Origin: an uncultured Collinsella sp.
GTDB lineage: Bacteria; Actinomycetota; Coriobacteriia; Coriobacteriales; Coriobacteriaceae
DNA: 64,000 nt
NCBI GenBank assembly: GCA_900541055.1
Contig: UQHZ01000005.1
Coordinates: forward strand, 50,504 to 114,503
Direction of reading: 5' to 3'
Part shown: positions 1 through 16,298 of the stretch, piece by piece
Position numbering within the stretch: the stretch's first letter is position 1
Layout: every line of letters starts with the position of its first letter
Position numbers and translations under genes: made by a program
The notes under the pieces: generated by a model
Told to the model about the DNA's origin: nothing
Database searches by the model: none
The model's input: only the letters and a program-made list of their open reading frames with translations

Positions 1-2
1 TT

Positions 3-425
3 GGTATGCCGGGCATTCCGTGCGTCTACTATGGCGGCGAGTGGGGGATTCCTGGCGAAAAGGGCGACCCCGATGGTGACTGGGCTCTGCGACCTGCGCT
101 CGATGAGCCTGCGCCCAACGAGCTGACGGCGTTCATCACGCAGCTCGCACACCTTCGTTCGGCCGACGACGCGGCGGCCCGTGCTCTCAACTACGGTGCC
201 TATCGCAACGTGGTGATCCAGAACAAGCAGCTGCTGTTCGAGCGCGCCTGCGACGACGCGACGGTGCTCGTGGCGGTCAATGCCGTGAACGAGCCCTATA
301 CCTTTGGAGCCGGCGAACTCAACGGCTCCTTCGTCGACCTGCTTGCCGACGGTGCGCCCACGGTCGAGCTGACGGGTATCCTCGAGCTTGCACCCTACGA
401 GGTGCGCTATCTGCTGAGGGCCTAG
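3..425 (+). CDS. glycoside hydrolase family 13 (alpha-amylase-like) protein, C-terminal fragment; the 5' end lies outside the window
   Basis: The ORF runs off the left edge. It has a GIPCVYYGGEWG motif like the last conserved GH13 catalytic-domain region, followed by a tail of C-terminal beta-domain length. Confidence 0.55.
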   Translation, partial: GMPGIPCVYYGGEWGIPGEKGDPDGDWALRPALDEPAPNELTAFITQLAHLRSADDAAARALNYGAYRNVVIQNKQLLFERACDDATVLVAVNAVNEPYTFGAGELNGSFVDLLADGAPTVELTGILELAPYEVRYLLRA

Positions 426-428
426 CTC

Positions 429-992
429 GTGGCCACGCTGGATGAGGGTTATCAACATATTGAGCATGGGTTTGAGCCCGTGTTTGACGAGCGCTCGCGC
501 ATTTTGGTGCTGGGGTCGTTTCCCTCGGTGCTTTCGCGCGCCAATTCCTTTTATTACGGCAACCCTCAGAATCGCTTTTGGCGCGTGATGCCCGCGTGCC
601 TCGGTGTGCCTGTGCCGCCCAACGAGGGCGACCCTTTGGCAAGCGGTGAGCCCGCGACGCTTGATGCCTCCATTGCCGCCAAGCGGTCCATGCTGCTGAA
701 CGGCGGCGTGGCCCTGTGGGATGTGATCGAGAGCTGCGACATTAAGGGTTCGAGTGACGCCAGCATCAAAAACGTCGTTCCGGCGCATGTCGAGCGCATT
801 ACCGGCGCAGCTCCTATCGAGGTCGTTGTCTGTAACGGCGGCACGGCAGGGCGGCTCTACAAGCGCTATCTACAAGAGCGCACCGGGCTGCCGGCCATCG
901 TTCTGCCGTCGACAAGTCCTGCCAATGCGGCATGGCGCCTGGAACGCCTTGTCGAGCGCTGGCGCGAGGCCGTTGACTGGGCTGTAATTTAA
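429..992 (+). CDS. uracil-DNA glycosylase superfamily protein, DNA-deoxyinosine (hypoxanthine) glycosylase-like
   Basis: GTG start 4 nt after the preceding stop. LGSFPSVLSR...FYYGNPQNRFWRVM matches the N-terminal signature of the deoxyinosine glycosylase branch of the UDG fold, recognised from memory. Confidence 0.6.
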   Translation: MATLDEGYQHIEHGFEPVFDERSRILVLGSFPSVLSRANSFYYGNPQNRFWRVMPACLGVPVPPNEGDPLASGEPATLDASIAAKRSMLLNGGVALWDVIESCDIKGSSDASIKNVVPAHVERITGAAPIEVVVCNGGTAGRLYKRYLQERTGLPAIVLPSTSPANAAWRLERLVERWREAVDWAVI

Positions 993-1005
993 TTTAGATT
1001 TTTGT

Positions 1006-1656
1006 TTAAGCGTGGGCGCCCAGACGTTTCAGAACGCCTCGCCAGATCGGCGCGGGCACGGCTGGCTCGGCGCAAACCATGCCGTCGGCGTCGACGTTGG
1101 CGGCATTGCCGCCGCCAAGTCGCTGTGCATGCTCGACGGAGCAGCCCATGCGCACAGCGCCCACAAGCTTATCCATCGCTTCCGAAAATGGTCGGCGCAA
1201 GAGGCCCATGCGTGGGGAATGGCGAAGCGCTGCGATGCCGCCGCCGGCGCAGATGGCAACGCCGCCACACCACAATTGGTCATGGCGCTCACATGCCTTG
1301 TGCAGGCGAACGGCGGTCCCACGCGCCTGCTCAGCGCCCTCTTGTGCGGCTCGAATCACGGCATAGACACGCGTTCCCGTGCTGCCAAAGTGCTCAAGCG
1401 CCTGCTCGATAGCAGTCAACGCCTCGTCGTCAGCCATATCTTCAATGGCCAGCACGATGCCATCGGCAACGCTGCCGGCGTCATTTGCCTTCAAGTCGAC
1501 CGGGCGGGGGAGTGCGGTGCCGGAAAGTTGAGCATAGGCGGCGATGGCATTCTGCAGGTCCCAGAGCAAAAACTCAAGATCGGCGCTATTGGGAATGTTG
1601 ATATACGCAATGTTTTGCAGCGTTTTTGGTACATCGCCGCGCGCGGTCGGCTCCAT
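1006..1656 (-). CDS. hypothetical protein
   Basis: 216-aa ORF preceded by a strong RBS (AAAGGAGG upstream of the ATG on the minus strand). The overlapping plus-strand ORFs are Arg/Ala-rich junk. No family recognised. Confidence 0.5.
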   Translation of the reverse strand: MEPTARGDVPKTLQNIAYINIPNSADLEFLLWDLQNAIAAYAQLSGTALPRPVDLKANDAGSVADGIVLAIEDMADDEALTAIEQALEHFGSTGTRVYAVIRAAQEGAEQARGTAVRLHKACERHDQLWCGGVAICAGGGIAALRHSPRMGLLRRPFSEAMDKLVGAVRMGCSVEHAQRLGGGNAANVDADGMVCAEPAVPAPIWRGVLKRLGAHA

Positions 1657-1749
1657 GCTGCCTCCTTTCCGGTTGGTTTCCGTTTAGGTTACACCGTCCG
1701 GCGGCGCCCCGCCGCGCTATCCTAGTGCAACCCTTACGAAAGGAACGCC

Positions 1750-2886
1750 ATGCGTCTGCCCATGAATACCTCGCTTGCCACGCTCAAGCCCTCCGGTATC
1801 CGCCGGATTAACGCGCTCGCCGCCCAGCATCCGGGGTGCATCGCGCTCGCGCTCGGCGAGCCCGATTTTCCCACGCCCGATGTGATTAGCGCCGAGGTGA
1901 CCGCCGCACTGGACCGCGGTGACACGCACTATCCGCCCAACAACGGTCGCCCCGCCCTGCGCGAGACGCTGTCCGCATATATGGGCGACGCGGGCCTGGC
2001 GTTTTCCGCCGATGAGGTCATCCTGACCGACGGTGCGACCGAGGCACTGTCGGCAACATTCATGGCCATGCTCAACCCTGGCGACGAGGTCATTATCCCC
2101 ACGCCGGCCTTTGGCCTGTACGAGAGCATCGTCGTGGCCAACCACGCCAAAGCGGTCTTTTTGGATACGGAGCCTGCGCAATTTCAGATTGACGAGGATG
2201 CGCTTCGTGCTTGCGTGACGCCGGCGACCAAGGCCATCGTCATCTGCTCGCCCAACAACCCCACGGGCTGCATCCTCAACGCAGCATCGCTCGACGCCGT
2301 GGCACACGTGGCAGAGCAGGCGGGCATCTACGTGGTCTGCGACGACGTATACAACCGCCTGGTTTATGTGGATGGCTACGAGCGCTTTGCCCAGCGTCAC
2401 CCGGAGCTTCGCGATCAGACGGTAGTCATCGAGAGCTTCTCCAAGCCCTGGGCCATGACCGGCTGGCGCCTGGGCTGGCTCGCAGCGGCAACCCCCGTCA
2501 TCGCCGAGATCGCAAAAGCCCACCAATACCTAGTATCGAGTGCTGTCTCCTTCGAAATGGACGCCGCAGCCCGAGCCCTCACCGTCGACCCCACCCCCAT
2601 GCTCGAAGTCTACCGAGCCCGTCGCAAACGTGTACTCGCAGCCTTAAACGCCATGGGCCTCGACGTAGTAGAGCCCGCAGGAGCCTTCTACACTTTCCCG
2701 AGCATCAAAAAGTTCGGCCTAACCAGCGAAGCCTTCTGCATCAAAGCCATCAAAGAGGCCAACGTAGCCCTAGTCCCCGGAAACTGCTTCGGCACCGAAA
2801 GCCACATCCGCCTAAGCTACTGCGTCTCCGACCAAGATCTGGACGAAGGCCTAAATCGCCTGTCCACCTTCATTTCAACCTTATAG
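1750..2886 (+). CDS. pyridoxal-phosphate-dependent aminotransferase, class I/II
   Basis: 378 aa with NPTG and SFSKPWAMTGWRLGW (PLP-lysine region), typical of AspC/PatA-like aminotransferases. Confidence 0.85.
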   Translation: MRLPMNTSLATLKPSGIRRINALAAQHPGCIALALGEPDFPTPDVISAEVTAALDRGDTHYPPNNGRPALRETLSAYMGDAGLAFSADEVILTDGATEALSATFMAMLNPGDEVIIPTPAFGLYESIVVANHAKAVFLDTEPAQFQIDEDALRACVTPATKAIVICSPNNPTGCILNAASLDAVAHVAEQAGIYVVCDDVYNRLVYVDGYERFAQRHPELRDQTVVIESFSKPWAMTGWRLGWLAAATPVIAEIAKAHQYLVSSAVSFEMDAAARALTVDPTPMLEVYRARRKRVLAALNAMGLDVVEPAGAFYTFPSIKKFGLTSEAFCIKAIKEANVALVPGNCFGTESHIRLSYCVSDQDLDEGLNRLSTFISTL

Positions 2887-2946
2887 CCCAACGGGACGCA
2901 ACACATCAGCCCACCGACACAAGGGTTATGCGTGGGGCGCGTCGCT

Positions 2947-3147
2947 CAACGGACACGAGGATTCGTAGCAAAGTTACCGCAGCTCCGGTCCGAGGGGCCG
3001 GGTTGAGATTTTCGTAGATTCCGCACGAGCCGAAGAGCACTTAATGTGCTCTTCGTGCGAGCCAGGACTTGACCGAGCGAAAATCTCAACCCGGCCCCTC
3101 GGACCGGAGCGTATGCAGGGTTTGTGTACGAATCCTCGTGTCCGTTG
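2947..3147. repeat. 201-bp nested palindromic intergenic repeat (copy C of a three-member family)
   Basis: Perfect 21-bp outer arms (2947-2967 / 3127-3147) and perfect 33-bp inner arms (2982-3014 / 3078-3110). They surround the core TTCCGCACGAGCCGAAGAGCACTTAATGTGCTCTTCGTGCGAGCCAGGACT, which is shared with 13951-14109 and 16126-16240. Confidence 0.8.
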
Positions 3148-3179
3148 ACCGACGCCGGGGTCCCCGCCATAATACTTTC

Positions 3180-3389
3180 GGTTCACGCACGAATCCGCTG
3201 CCAGAGACAGCCGGCGCAAACGGGTCTTACCCGCGAGCTTAATGGGACTTCCCGCCAGCCGAGGTGGTCGAGTAGATATGTCTTCTCGCCCCCGTCGCTC
3301 ATGCAGCGCGGGGGCTTTCTTTTTGGACATGCCCCCGTCACGTCCTTGTGGCGGACCGTGCCCGGAAAGAATTCGAGGAGGTGTAATTC
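3180..3389 (+). promoter_or_regulatory. probable ribosomal protein L10 (rplJ) leader with an internal terminator-like hairpin
   Basis: Long structured 5' region before rplJ. The GC hairpin GCCCCCG..CGGGGGC is followed by TTTCTTTTT at about 3288-3326, then GAGGAGG and the ATG. The position matches L10-leader autoregulation in Gram-positives. No covariance model was run. Confidence 0.4.
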
Positions 3390-3911
3390 ATGCCCCAGCA
3401 GTACAAAATCGACAAGGTTGCAGAGATCGAGTCCCGTATCGCCGAGAACGCCGGTCTGTTCGTCGTCAACTACAACGGTCTGACGGTTAAGCAGGCTCAG
3501 GAGCTGCGTCATCAGCTTCGCGAGTGCGGCGCCGAGATGAAGGTCTACAAGAACAACCTGGTCAAGATCGCCCTCAAGAACCAGGAGCAGCCCGAGATCG
3601 ACGAGATCCTCGCCGGCCCCGTCGCTTATGTGTTCTACGAGACCGAGCCGGTCGAGGCCGCTAAGGCCCTTAAGGACTTCTCCGCTAAGTCCAAGGGCGT
3701 CCTTGAGATCAAGGGCGGTATCTCCGACGGCAAGGCCGTTTCCGCTGATGATGTTAAGGCTATCGCCGAGCTGCCCACCAAGGATCAGCTTCTCGGCCAG
3801 ATCGCCGGTCTCATCTCCGGTTTCGCTCGCGACATCGCTGTCTGCGTCAACGGCGTTTCCTCTGGTCTCGCTCGTTCGATCCAGCAGGTCTCCGAGCAGA
3901 AGGCAGCCTAG
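3390..3911 (+). CDS. rplJ: 50S ribosomal protein L10
   Basis: 173 aa, directly upstream of L7/L12, with a GAGGAGG RBS and L10-like sequence (AEIESRIAENAGLFVVNYNGLTVKQAQELR). Confidence 0.95.
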   Translation: MPQQYKIDKVAEIESRIAENAGLFVVNYNGLTVKQAQELRHQLRECGAEMKVYKNNLVKIALKNQEQPEIDEILAGPVAYVFYETEPVEAAKALKDFSAKSKGVLEIKGGISDGKAVSADDVKAIAELPTKDQLLGQIAGLISGFARDIAVCVNGVSSGLARSIQQVSEQKAA

Positions 3912-4013
3912 TTGCTGTTTTCACCCGCGGCGGCAACGCCGCACCCCTGGCGCATTCGCGCTGTGTTTTAACTGATCTCCGTGCATCCGCACGGAAACCG
4001 AAAGGACTTAGAA

Positions 4014-4391
4014 ATGGCTAAGCTTACCACCGATGAGATCATCGATGCTCTTAAGGAAATGACCCTTCTCGAGGCTTCCGAGCTCGTCAAGGCTATCGAG
4101 GACACCTTCGGCGTTTCCGCCGCTGCTCCTGCCGCTGTTGTCGCCGCTCCCGCTGCTGGCGCTGCTGAGGCCGAGGAGAAGACCGAGTTTGACGTCGTGC
4201 TCGAGGGCTTCGGCGACAACAAGATCCAGGTCATCAAGGCCGTCCGTGAGCTCACCAACCTTGGCCTGAAGGAGGCCAAGGAGGTCGTCGAGGGCGCTCC
4301 CAAGGCTGTTCTCGAGGGTGCCAAGAAGGAGGACGCCGAGGCTGCCAAGGAGAAGCTCGAGGCTGCTGGCGCTGCTGTCACCCTCAAGTAA
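4014..4391 (+). CDS. rplL: 50S ribosomal protein L7/L12
   Basis: [30 protein letters not shown], an Ala-rich hinge, then a [22 protein letters not shown]-terminal domain. The internal ATG at 4014 was chosen over the 3981 start in the ORF track. Confidence 0.95.
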   Translation: MAKLTTDEIIDALKEMTLLEASELVKAIEDTFGVSAAAPAAVVAAPAAGAAEAEEKTEFDVVLEGFGDNKIQVIKAVRELTNLGLKEAKEVVEGAPKAVLEGAKKEDAEAAKEKLEAAGAAVTLK

Positions 4392-4418
4392 TCAGGCTTT
4401 CTCGCCAGATTTCTTTAA

Positions 4419-4455
4419 AGACGGGGTTCGCATTGCGAGTCCCGTCTTTTTTGTT
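4419..4455 (+). terminator. rho-independent terminator after rplL
   Basis: GACGGGG...CCCGTC hairpin followed by TTTTTTGTTTT. Confidence 0.8.
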
Positions 4456-4704
4456 TTCGGTCCCTCGGCATCGGTTGCTCAAACTGCCATATTCTGTGAT
4501 TTGCGTCGTATCGGGTGCCCTGCCGTTGGGCAATAAAATTGCACCATTCGAGCAATAATTTGCGTTGACCTGCTGAAGAATTGCCTCTGCCTTGTAGCGA
4601 CATATAGTTCCAGCGGTAAGATGCTTGGGTATCGCAATTTGGTCTGCGGCTGTGTGCCGCACGCATGGGGCGCTTTTGCGCCTGCGAAAGGATCTTTGAA
4701 TAAC

Positions 4705-5613
4705 ATGAAGGCAATCATCCCCGCCGCCGGTCTTGGCACGCGTTTTCTGCCTGGCACCAAGTGCACGCCCAAAGAGATGCTGCCGGTGCTCGACAAGCCC
4801 GTCATTCAGTACGTCGTCGAGGAGGCACTTGACCCCGAGGAAGTCGACGACGCCATCATCGTTACATCTCCCGGTAAGCCCGAGCTACTGAACTACTTCC
4901 AGCCCGATCGCTCGCTCGAGAACCTGCTGCGCGAGCGCGGCAAGAACGCCTATGCCGATGCCGTCGCCCACGCTGGCGGTATGCCGGTCGACTTCCGTTA
5001 TCAGTACGAGCCCAAGGGCCTCGGCCATGCTATCCGCTCTGCTGCCGACGCCGTGGCAGGGGAGAACTTCCTGGTTCTTCTGGGCGACTACGTTGTGCCT
5101 AATCGCGACATCTGCGACAAGATGCTCGCCGTTTCCAAGGAGCACGGTGGAGCTTCGGTTATCGCCGTCGCTGCTTGCTCGCCCGAGGAAGTCAGCCGCT
5201 ACGGCGTTATCGCCGGCGAGCGCGTCGGTTCGCTCGAGGGCGCCGAGGACGTTGCCGATGCAGAGCCGGGCGCTGTCTGGCGTATCGGCGGTCTGGTCGA
5301 GAAGCCCGCTCCCGAGGCTGCTCCGTCCAACCTGTACATCGTCGGTCGTTACCTGCTGAGCCCGCTGGTTATGGACCTGCTCGCCGATCAGCAGGCCGGC
5401 AAGGGCGGCGAGATCCAGCTCACCGACGCCATGGCCCGTTCGCTCGACCGTGAGGCCATGTATGCCGTCGTCATCGACCCGCTGTCGGGCTACGACACCG
5501 GCACTCCCTCTGGCTGGATGGCCACCAACGCCCTCATGGCTGCAAGCGATCCCCGCTTTGCCGATGCCTTCTGGGACGCCATCGACGAGCGCGGCGGATT
5601 GATGCGCAAGTAA
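4705..5613 (+). CDS. galU: UTP--glucose-1-phosphate uridylyltransferase
   Basis: MKAIIPAAGLGTRFLPGTKCTPKEMLPVLDKPVIQYVVEE is the canonical GalU N-terminus. The start was set at the internal ATG at 4705. Confidence 0.85.
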   Translation: MKAIIPAAGLGTRFLPGTKCTPKEMLPVLDKPVIQYVVEEALDPEEVDDAIIVTSPGKPELLNYFQPDRSLENLLRERGKNAYADAVAHAGGMPVDFRYQYEPKGLGHAIRSAADAVAGENFLVLLGDYVVPNRDICDKMLAVSKEHGGASVIAVAACSPEEVSRYGVIAGERVGSLEGAEDVADAEPGAVWRIGGLVEKPAPEAAPSNLYIVGRYLLSPLVMDLLADQQAGKGGEIQLTDAMARSLDREAMYAVVIDPLSGYDTGTPSGWMATNALMAASDPRFADAFWDAIDERGGLMRK

Positions 5614-5634
5614 GCCTTCGGACATCGACATTTA

Positions 5635-5668
5635 CGGGCGCGGGCCTCGGTTCGCGCCCGTTTTTTAT
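5635..5668 (+). terminator. rho-independent terminator after galU
   Basis: GGGCGCGGGCC...CGCGCCCG hairpin followed by TTTTTT. Confidence 0.8.
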
Positions 5669-5900
5669 AAGAGCTGCGATTGCCGGCTCTCTGTTCACAG
5701 AAAATATATGAACAGATGTTCGATACACACCCATCTACCTGCGTGTTTTCTGTCGAAAAACTTTGCTACTCCAAAAACTCAATCGCGTCAAGGCTTTTCT
5801 TGCCGAACGGTCGGTACCTGATAAACTATTAGGTTGCGATAACTGGCGAAGCTATGCCTCGCCAACCCACCGAGCATTTCCGTGAAGGAGGAAAAACCTG

Positions 5901-13877
<7,977 letters not shown>

Positions 13878-13905
13878 CTTCCAAGTACGTTAACCGCCCT
13901 TTCAA

Positions 13906-13942
13906 AGACCCGTTTCCCAGCAGGGAAGCGGGTCTTTTTTGT
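13906..13942 (+). terminator. rho-independent terminator after rpoC
   Basis: AGACCCGTTTCCC..GGGAAGCGGGTCT hairpin followed by TTTTTTGTT. Confidence 0.85.
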
Positions 13943-13950
13943 TGAGGAAC

Positions 13951-14109
13951 GTTGCCCCGACGAGCACGTCGGATTCCCGGAACGGGCGGCCCGCTGTTAA
14001 AGTTTGTCGCGAGTTCCGCACTCAAAGGAAAGCACTTAATGTGCTTTCCGTCTTGCGCAGGACTGTAGAGCAGCAAACTTAAACAGCGGGCCGCCCGTTC
14101 CGGGAATCC
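13951..14109. repeat. palindromic intergenic repeat, copy A (complete)
   Basis: A 30-bp leader, GTTGCCCCGACGAGCACGTCGGATTCCCGG, is identical to 16126-16155. The 36-bp arms (13971-14006 / 14074-14109) have one mismatch and surround the GCACTTAATGTGC core. Confidence 0.8.
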
Positions 14110-14136
14110 GCCCCCGCGCGCAGAAGGGGATTCCTT

Positions 14137-14164
14137 TTGCCAATAAGGGACAGGTTTATTTTGG
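14137..14164. repeat. left terminal inverted repeat bounding the sigma/anti-sigma cassette
   Basis: TTGCCAATAAGGGACAGGTTTATTTTGG is the reverse complement (3 mismatches) of 16093-16120. Confidence 0.7.
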
Positions 14165-14262
14165 TAGGTTTTTACTGCTTGAATTTGAAACATTCCGTTC
14201 GGTCAAAGCGTATCTATGGTGAGGGCCTCATCGAGAACCATTAACGTCACCGGGAGGTGATT

Positions 14263-14781
14263 ATGGAAGAACAAGCTTTTAGACAGGCAGTCGAAGATCA
14301 CCGGGATGTCGTGTTTCGAATCGCATTGACGTATCTGCGCGATTGCGCTGACGCCGATGATGTCGCTCAAGACGTCTTTCTAAAGTTGCTCAAAAGCGAT
14401 GCGCAATTTGAAAGCCGGGAACATCTTCGCCGCTGGCTTATCCGGGTCACGATCAATGAATGCAAATCGCTCTTTCGAAAGCCGTGGAGGCGTGTGGAGG
14501 ATATTGAGAACCTCGCCGATTCGCTTTCGGCAGCGCAGGAGGAGACCAAGGCGGTCCTGTCAGACGTTATGCGACTTCCGGAACGATTCCGTGTTCCCAT
14601 CATGCTCTATTACTATCTGGGCTTTTCGACCTCAGAGATTGCCGAGTTATTGCATGTGCCAGCCGCGACCGTTCGAACGCGTTTGGCTCGCGGCAGATCG
14701 AAGCTCAAGTTCATCCTAGAGGAGGGCGACCGTGAAATCCAACCAAATCAAGCAGGCCTTCGAGTCCGTCCAAGCCGATAG
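14263..14781 (+). CDS. RNA polymerase sigma-70 family (ECF-type) sigma factor
   Basis: Region 2 (DVAQDVFLKLL...WLIRVTINECKSLFRK) and region 4 HTH (LGFSTSEIAELLHVPAATVRTRLARGRSKLK). GGGAGG RBS 5 nt upstream of the ATG at 14263. Visibly lower GC than its neighbours. Confidence 0.85.
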   Translation: MEEQAFRQAVEDHRDVVFRIALTYLRDCADADDVAQDVFLKLLKSDAQFESREHLRRWLIRVTINECKSLFRKPWRRVEDIENLADSLSAAQEETKAVLSDVMRLPERFRVPIMLYYYLGFSTSEIAELLHVPAATVRTRLARGRSKLKFILEEGDREIQPNQAGLRVRPSR

Positions 14782-15808
14782 CGATCTTGCTGACCGTGTT
14801 CTTTATGCCGCTGCTGGTGAGCCGCTTCGCCGAAAGGGTCACGCGAAGCCTCTGTATGTTGCCGTAATCGGATGTCTTGCCGGAGTGCTCGCGACCGGAG
14901 GGGTCGCCTACGCCGTCGTCAATTCCAGTTATTTTGCCTCTGCCTGGGGAAACCATGGCAACGGAGAGTCCATTACCTGGACTCAAGGTGGCTCGTCGGG
15001 GACTAAATATACCTACACCAGAGAGTTCGGTGATGGCATCGCGCCCCAAAGCCTGGAGGGCACAGTACTGAAGGTCAATCTGTCCGTCGAGGGCAACGGC
15101 TATACACTCGATATCCATGAGATGGCTATCGATAAAAACGGTTGCGGTGCCGTGACGTTTACGCTGTCCAATCCAAATGGTGTTAACTACTACAAGCCGG
15201 CAGCAGAGACAGGCGAACTTGTTCTCTATGGTGAAGAAGAACAAGGCATCGGCACGCCCAGCATGAACTTCGGCGAGGAATGGGCTGATACACGCTGCAC
15301 AATTGATAAGGACACATCAAGCGACACGGTCATTAATGGCACGATGTACTTTGCTTCTATGGATCGCGAGCGAGGTTTTCAACATGCGGTCACCTGGAAT
15401 ATCTCGTGGACCGAGGGCGAAGGAGAGGATGCGAAGCCGTTCGAGGCATCGACGCCCGAGTTTAGCGTTGGAGCGTACGTCGATACTAAGGAACTCCGCT
15501 CCGATGACTCGCCTCTCGAGATCAGCCCGTTTTCGATCCAGACGCACATCGATGATCTGGGCATTGACGCAGTCACGAAGAAGTTGACGGTTACCTACAA
15601 GGATGGATCGGAGCAGATTATCGAAGATGACGACGCAGGGGCGTTCAACTTATATTTTTCTTATACGCGCAATAGCGGAGAGAACATCTGGGTGCCAACG
15701 AAGTTGATTGATGTCGACCAAGTGGTCTCAGTAACGCTTGAGGGCACACGCTGCACTTCAACGGGGGGCGCCGAAACGTCGGAACCCTTTACCATCGTCT
15801 ATTCGTAA
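14732..15808 (+). CDS. putative membrane-anchored anti-sigma factor (DUF4179-like architecture)
   Basis: GTG start overlaps the sigma gene by 50 nt. It has a short cytoplasmic N-terminus, one TM helix (LYVAVIGCLAGVLATGGVAYAVV) and a large extracytoplasmic domain, the usual partner layout for an ECF sigma. Confidence 0.6.
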   Translation: MKSNQIKQAFESVQADSDLADRVLYAAAGEPLRRKGHAKPLYVAVIGCLAGVLATGGVAYAVVNSSYFASAWGNHGNGESITWTQGGSSGTKYTYTREFGDGIAPQSLEGTVLKVNLSVEGNGYTLDIHEMAIDKNGCGAVTFTLSNPNGVNYYKPAAETGELVLYGEEEQGIGTPSMNFGEEWADTRCTIDKDTSSDTVINGTMYFASMDRERGFQHAVTWNISWTEGEGEDAKPFEASTPEFSVGAYVDTKELRSDDSPLEISPFSIQTHIDDLGIDAVTKKLTVTYKDGSEQIIEDDDAGAFNLYFSYTRNSGENIWVPTKLIDVDQVVSVTLEGTRCTSTGGAETSEPFTIVYS

Positions 15809-15815
15809 GATTTGG

Positions 15816-15849
15816 GGCCGCTTCCTACTAGGGGAAGCGGCCTTCTTTG
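15816..15849 (+). terminator. terminator after the anti-sigma gene
   Basis: GGCCGCTTCC..GGAAGCGGCC hairpin followed by TTCTTTG. Confidence 0.65.
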
Positions 15850-15893
15850 CGGTAAATGGGCGGTTAGACCGCACGATATTCGCCTGCATTTCT

Positions 15894-16014
15894 GAAGTAT
15901 GCGGCAAAATCTTGATGGGTCGACCACACCGTATATGCTCAAGTGTTCTACCTGCGGGTTTGTTATCGCAAAATCCCTGTGTGCTCGGTAAGTTCAAAAT
16001 TTGCCGCATACTTC
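15894..16014. repeat. 121-bp inverted-repeat structure
   Basis: GAAGTATGCGGCAAAATCTTGA (15894-15915) pairs with TTCAAAATTTGCCGCATACTTC (15993-16014). Confidence 0.6.
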
Positions 16015-16092
16015 CGAAAACGCCGCCGATTTCCATATGGCAGATGAGGGCGGACCACCGCTGGAGCGCGACGTTTCCCCAGATAAAACCGA

Positions 16093-16120
16093 CCAAAATA
16101 AACCTGTCCCTTTTTGGCAG
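16093..16120. repeat. right terminal inverted repeat bounding the sigma/anti-sigma cassette
   Basis: CCAAAATAAACCTGTCCCTTTTTGGCAG is the inverted partner of 14137-14164. Confidence 0.7.
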
Positions 16121-16125
16121 GTGGC

Positions 16126-16240
16126 GTTGCCCCGACGAGCACGTCGGATTCCCGGCCCGGGCGGCGCGGGGGCTAAGTTTGTCGCGAGTTCCGCACGAGC
16201 CGGAGAGCACTTAATGTGCTCTCCGTGCGAGTCAGGACTG
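16126..16240. repeat. palindromic intergenic repeat, copy B (left arm and core only)
   Basis: It has the same 30-bp leader as copy A, plus the left arm and the core GAGTTCCGCACGAGCCGGAGAGCACTTAATGTGCTCTCCGTGCGAGTCAGGACT. The right arm is missing next to the 3' end of the UPF0210 gene. Confidence 0.75.
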
Positions 16241-16298
16241 TCCGAGCAGGCGACCTTATATATTTGCCCTCCCCGGGGCTCTCGCCAGTCCCCCTCAG

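Noticed and set aside
3981-4391. Longer rplL ORF starting at 3981 ([15 protein letters not shown]...).
   Set aside because: L7/L12 proteins begin at MAKLT.... The extra 11 codons are not L12-like, so the ATG at 4014 is preferred.
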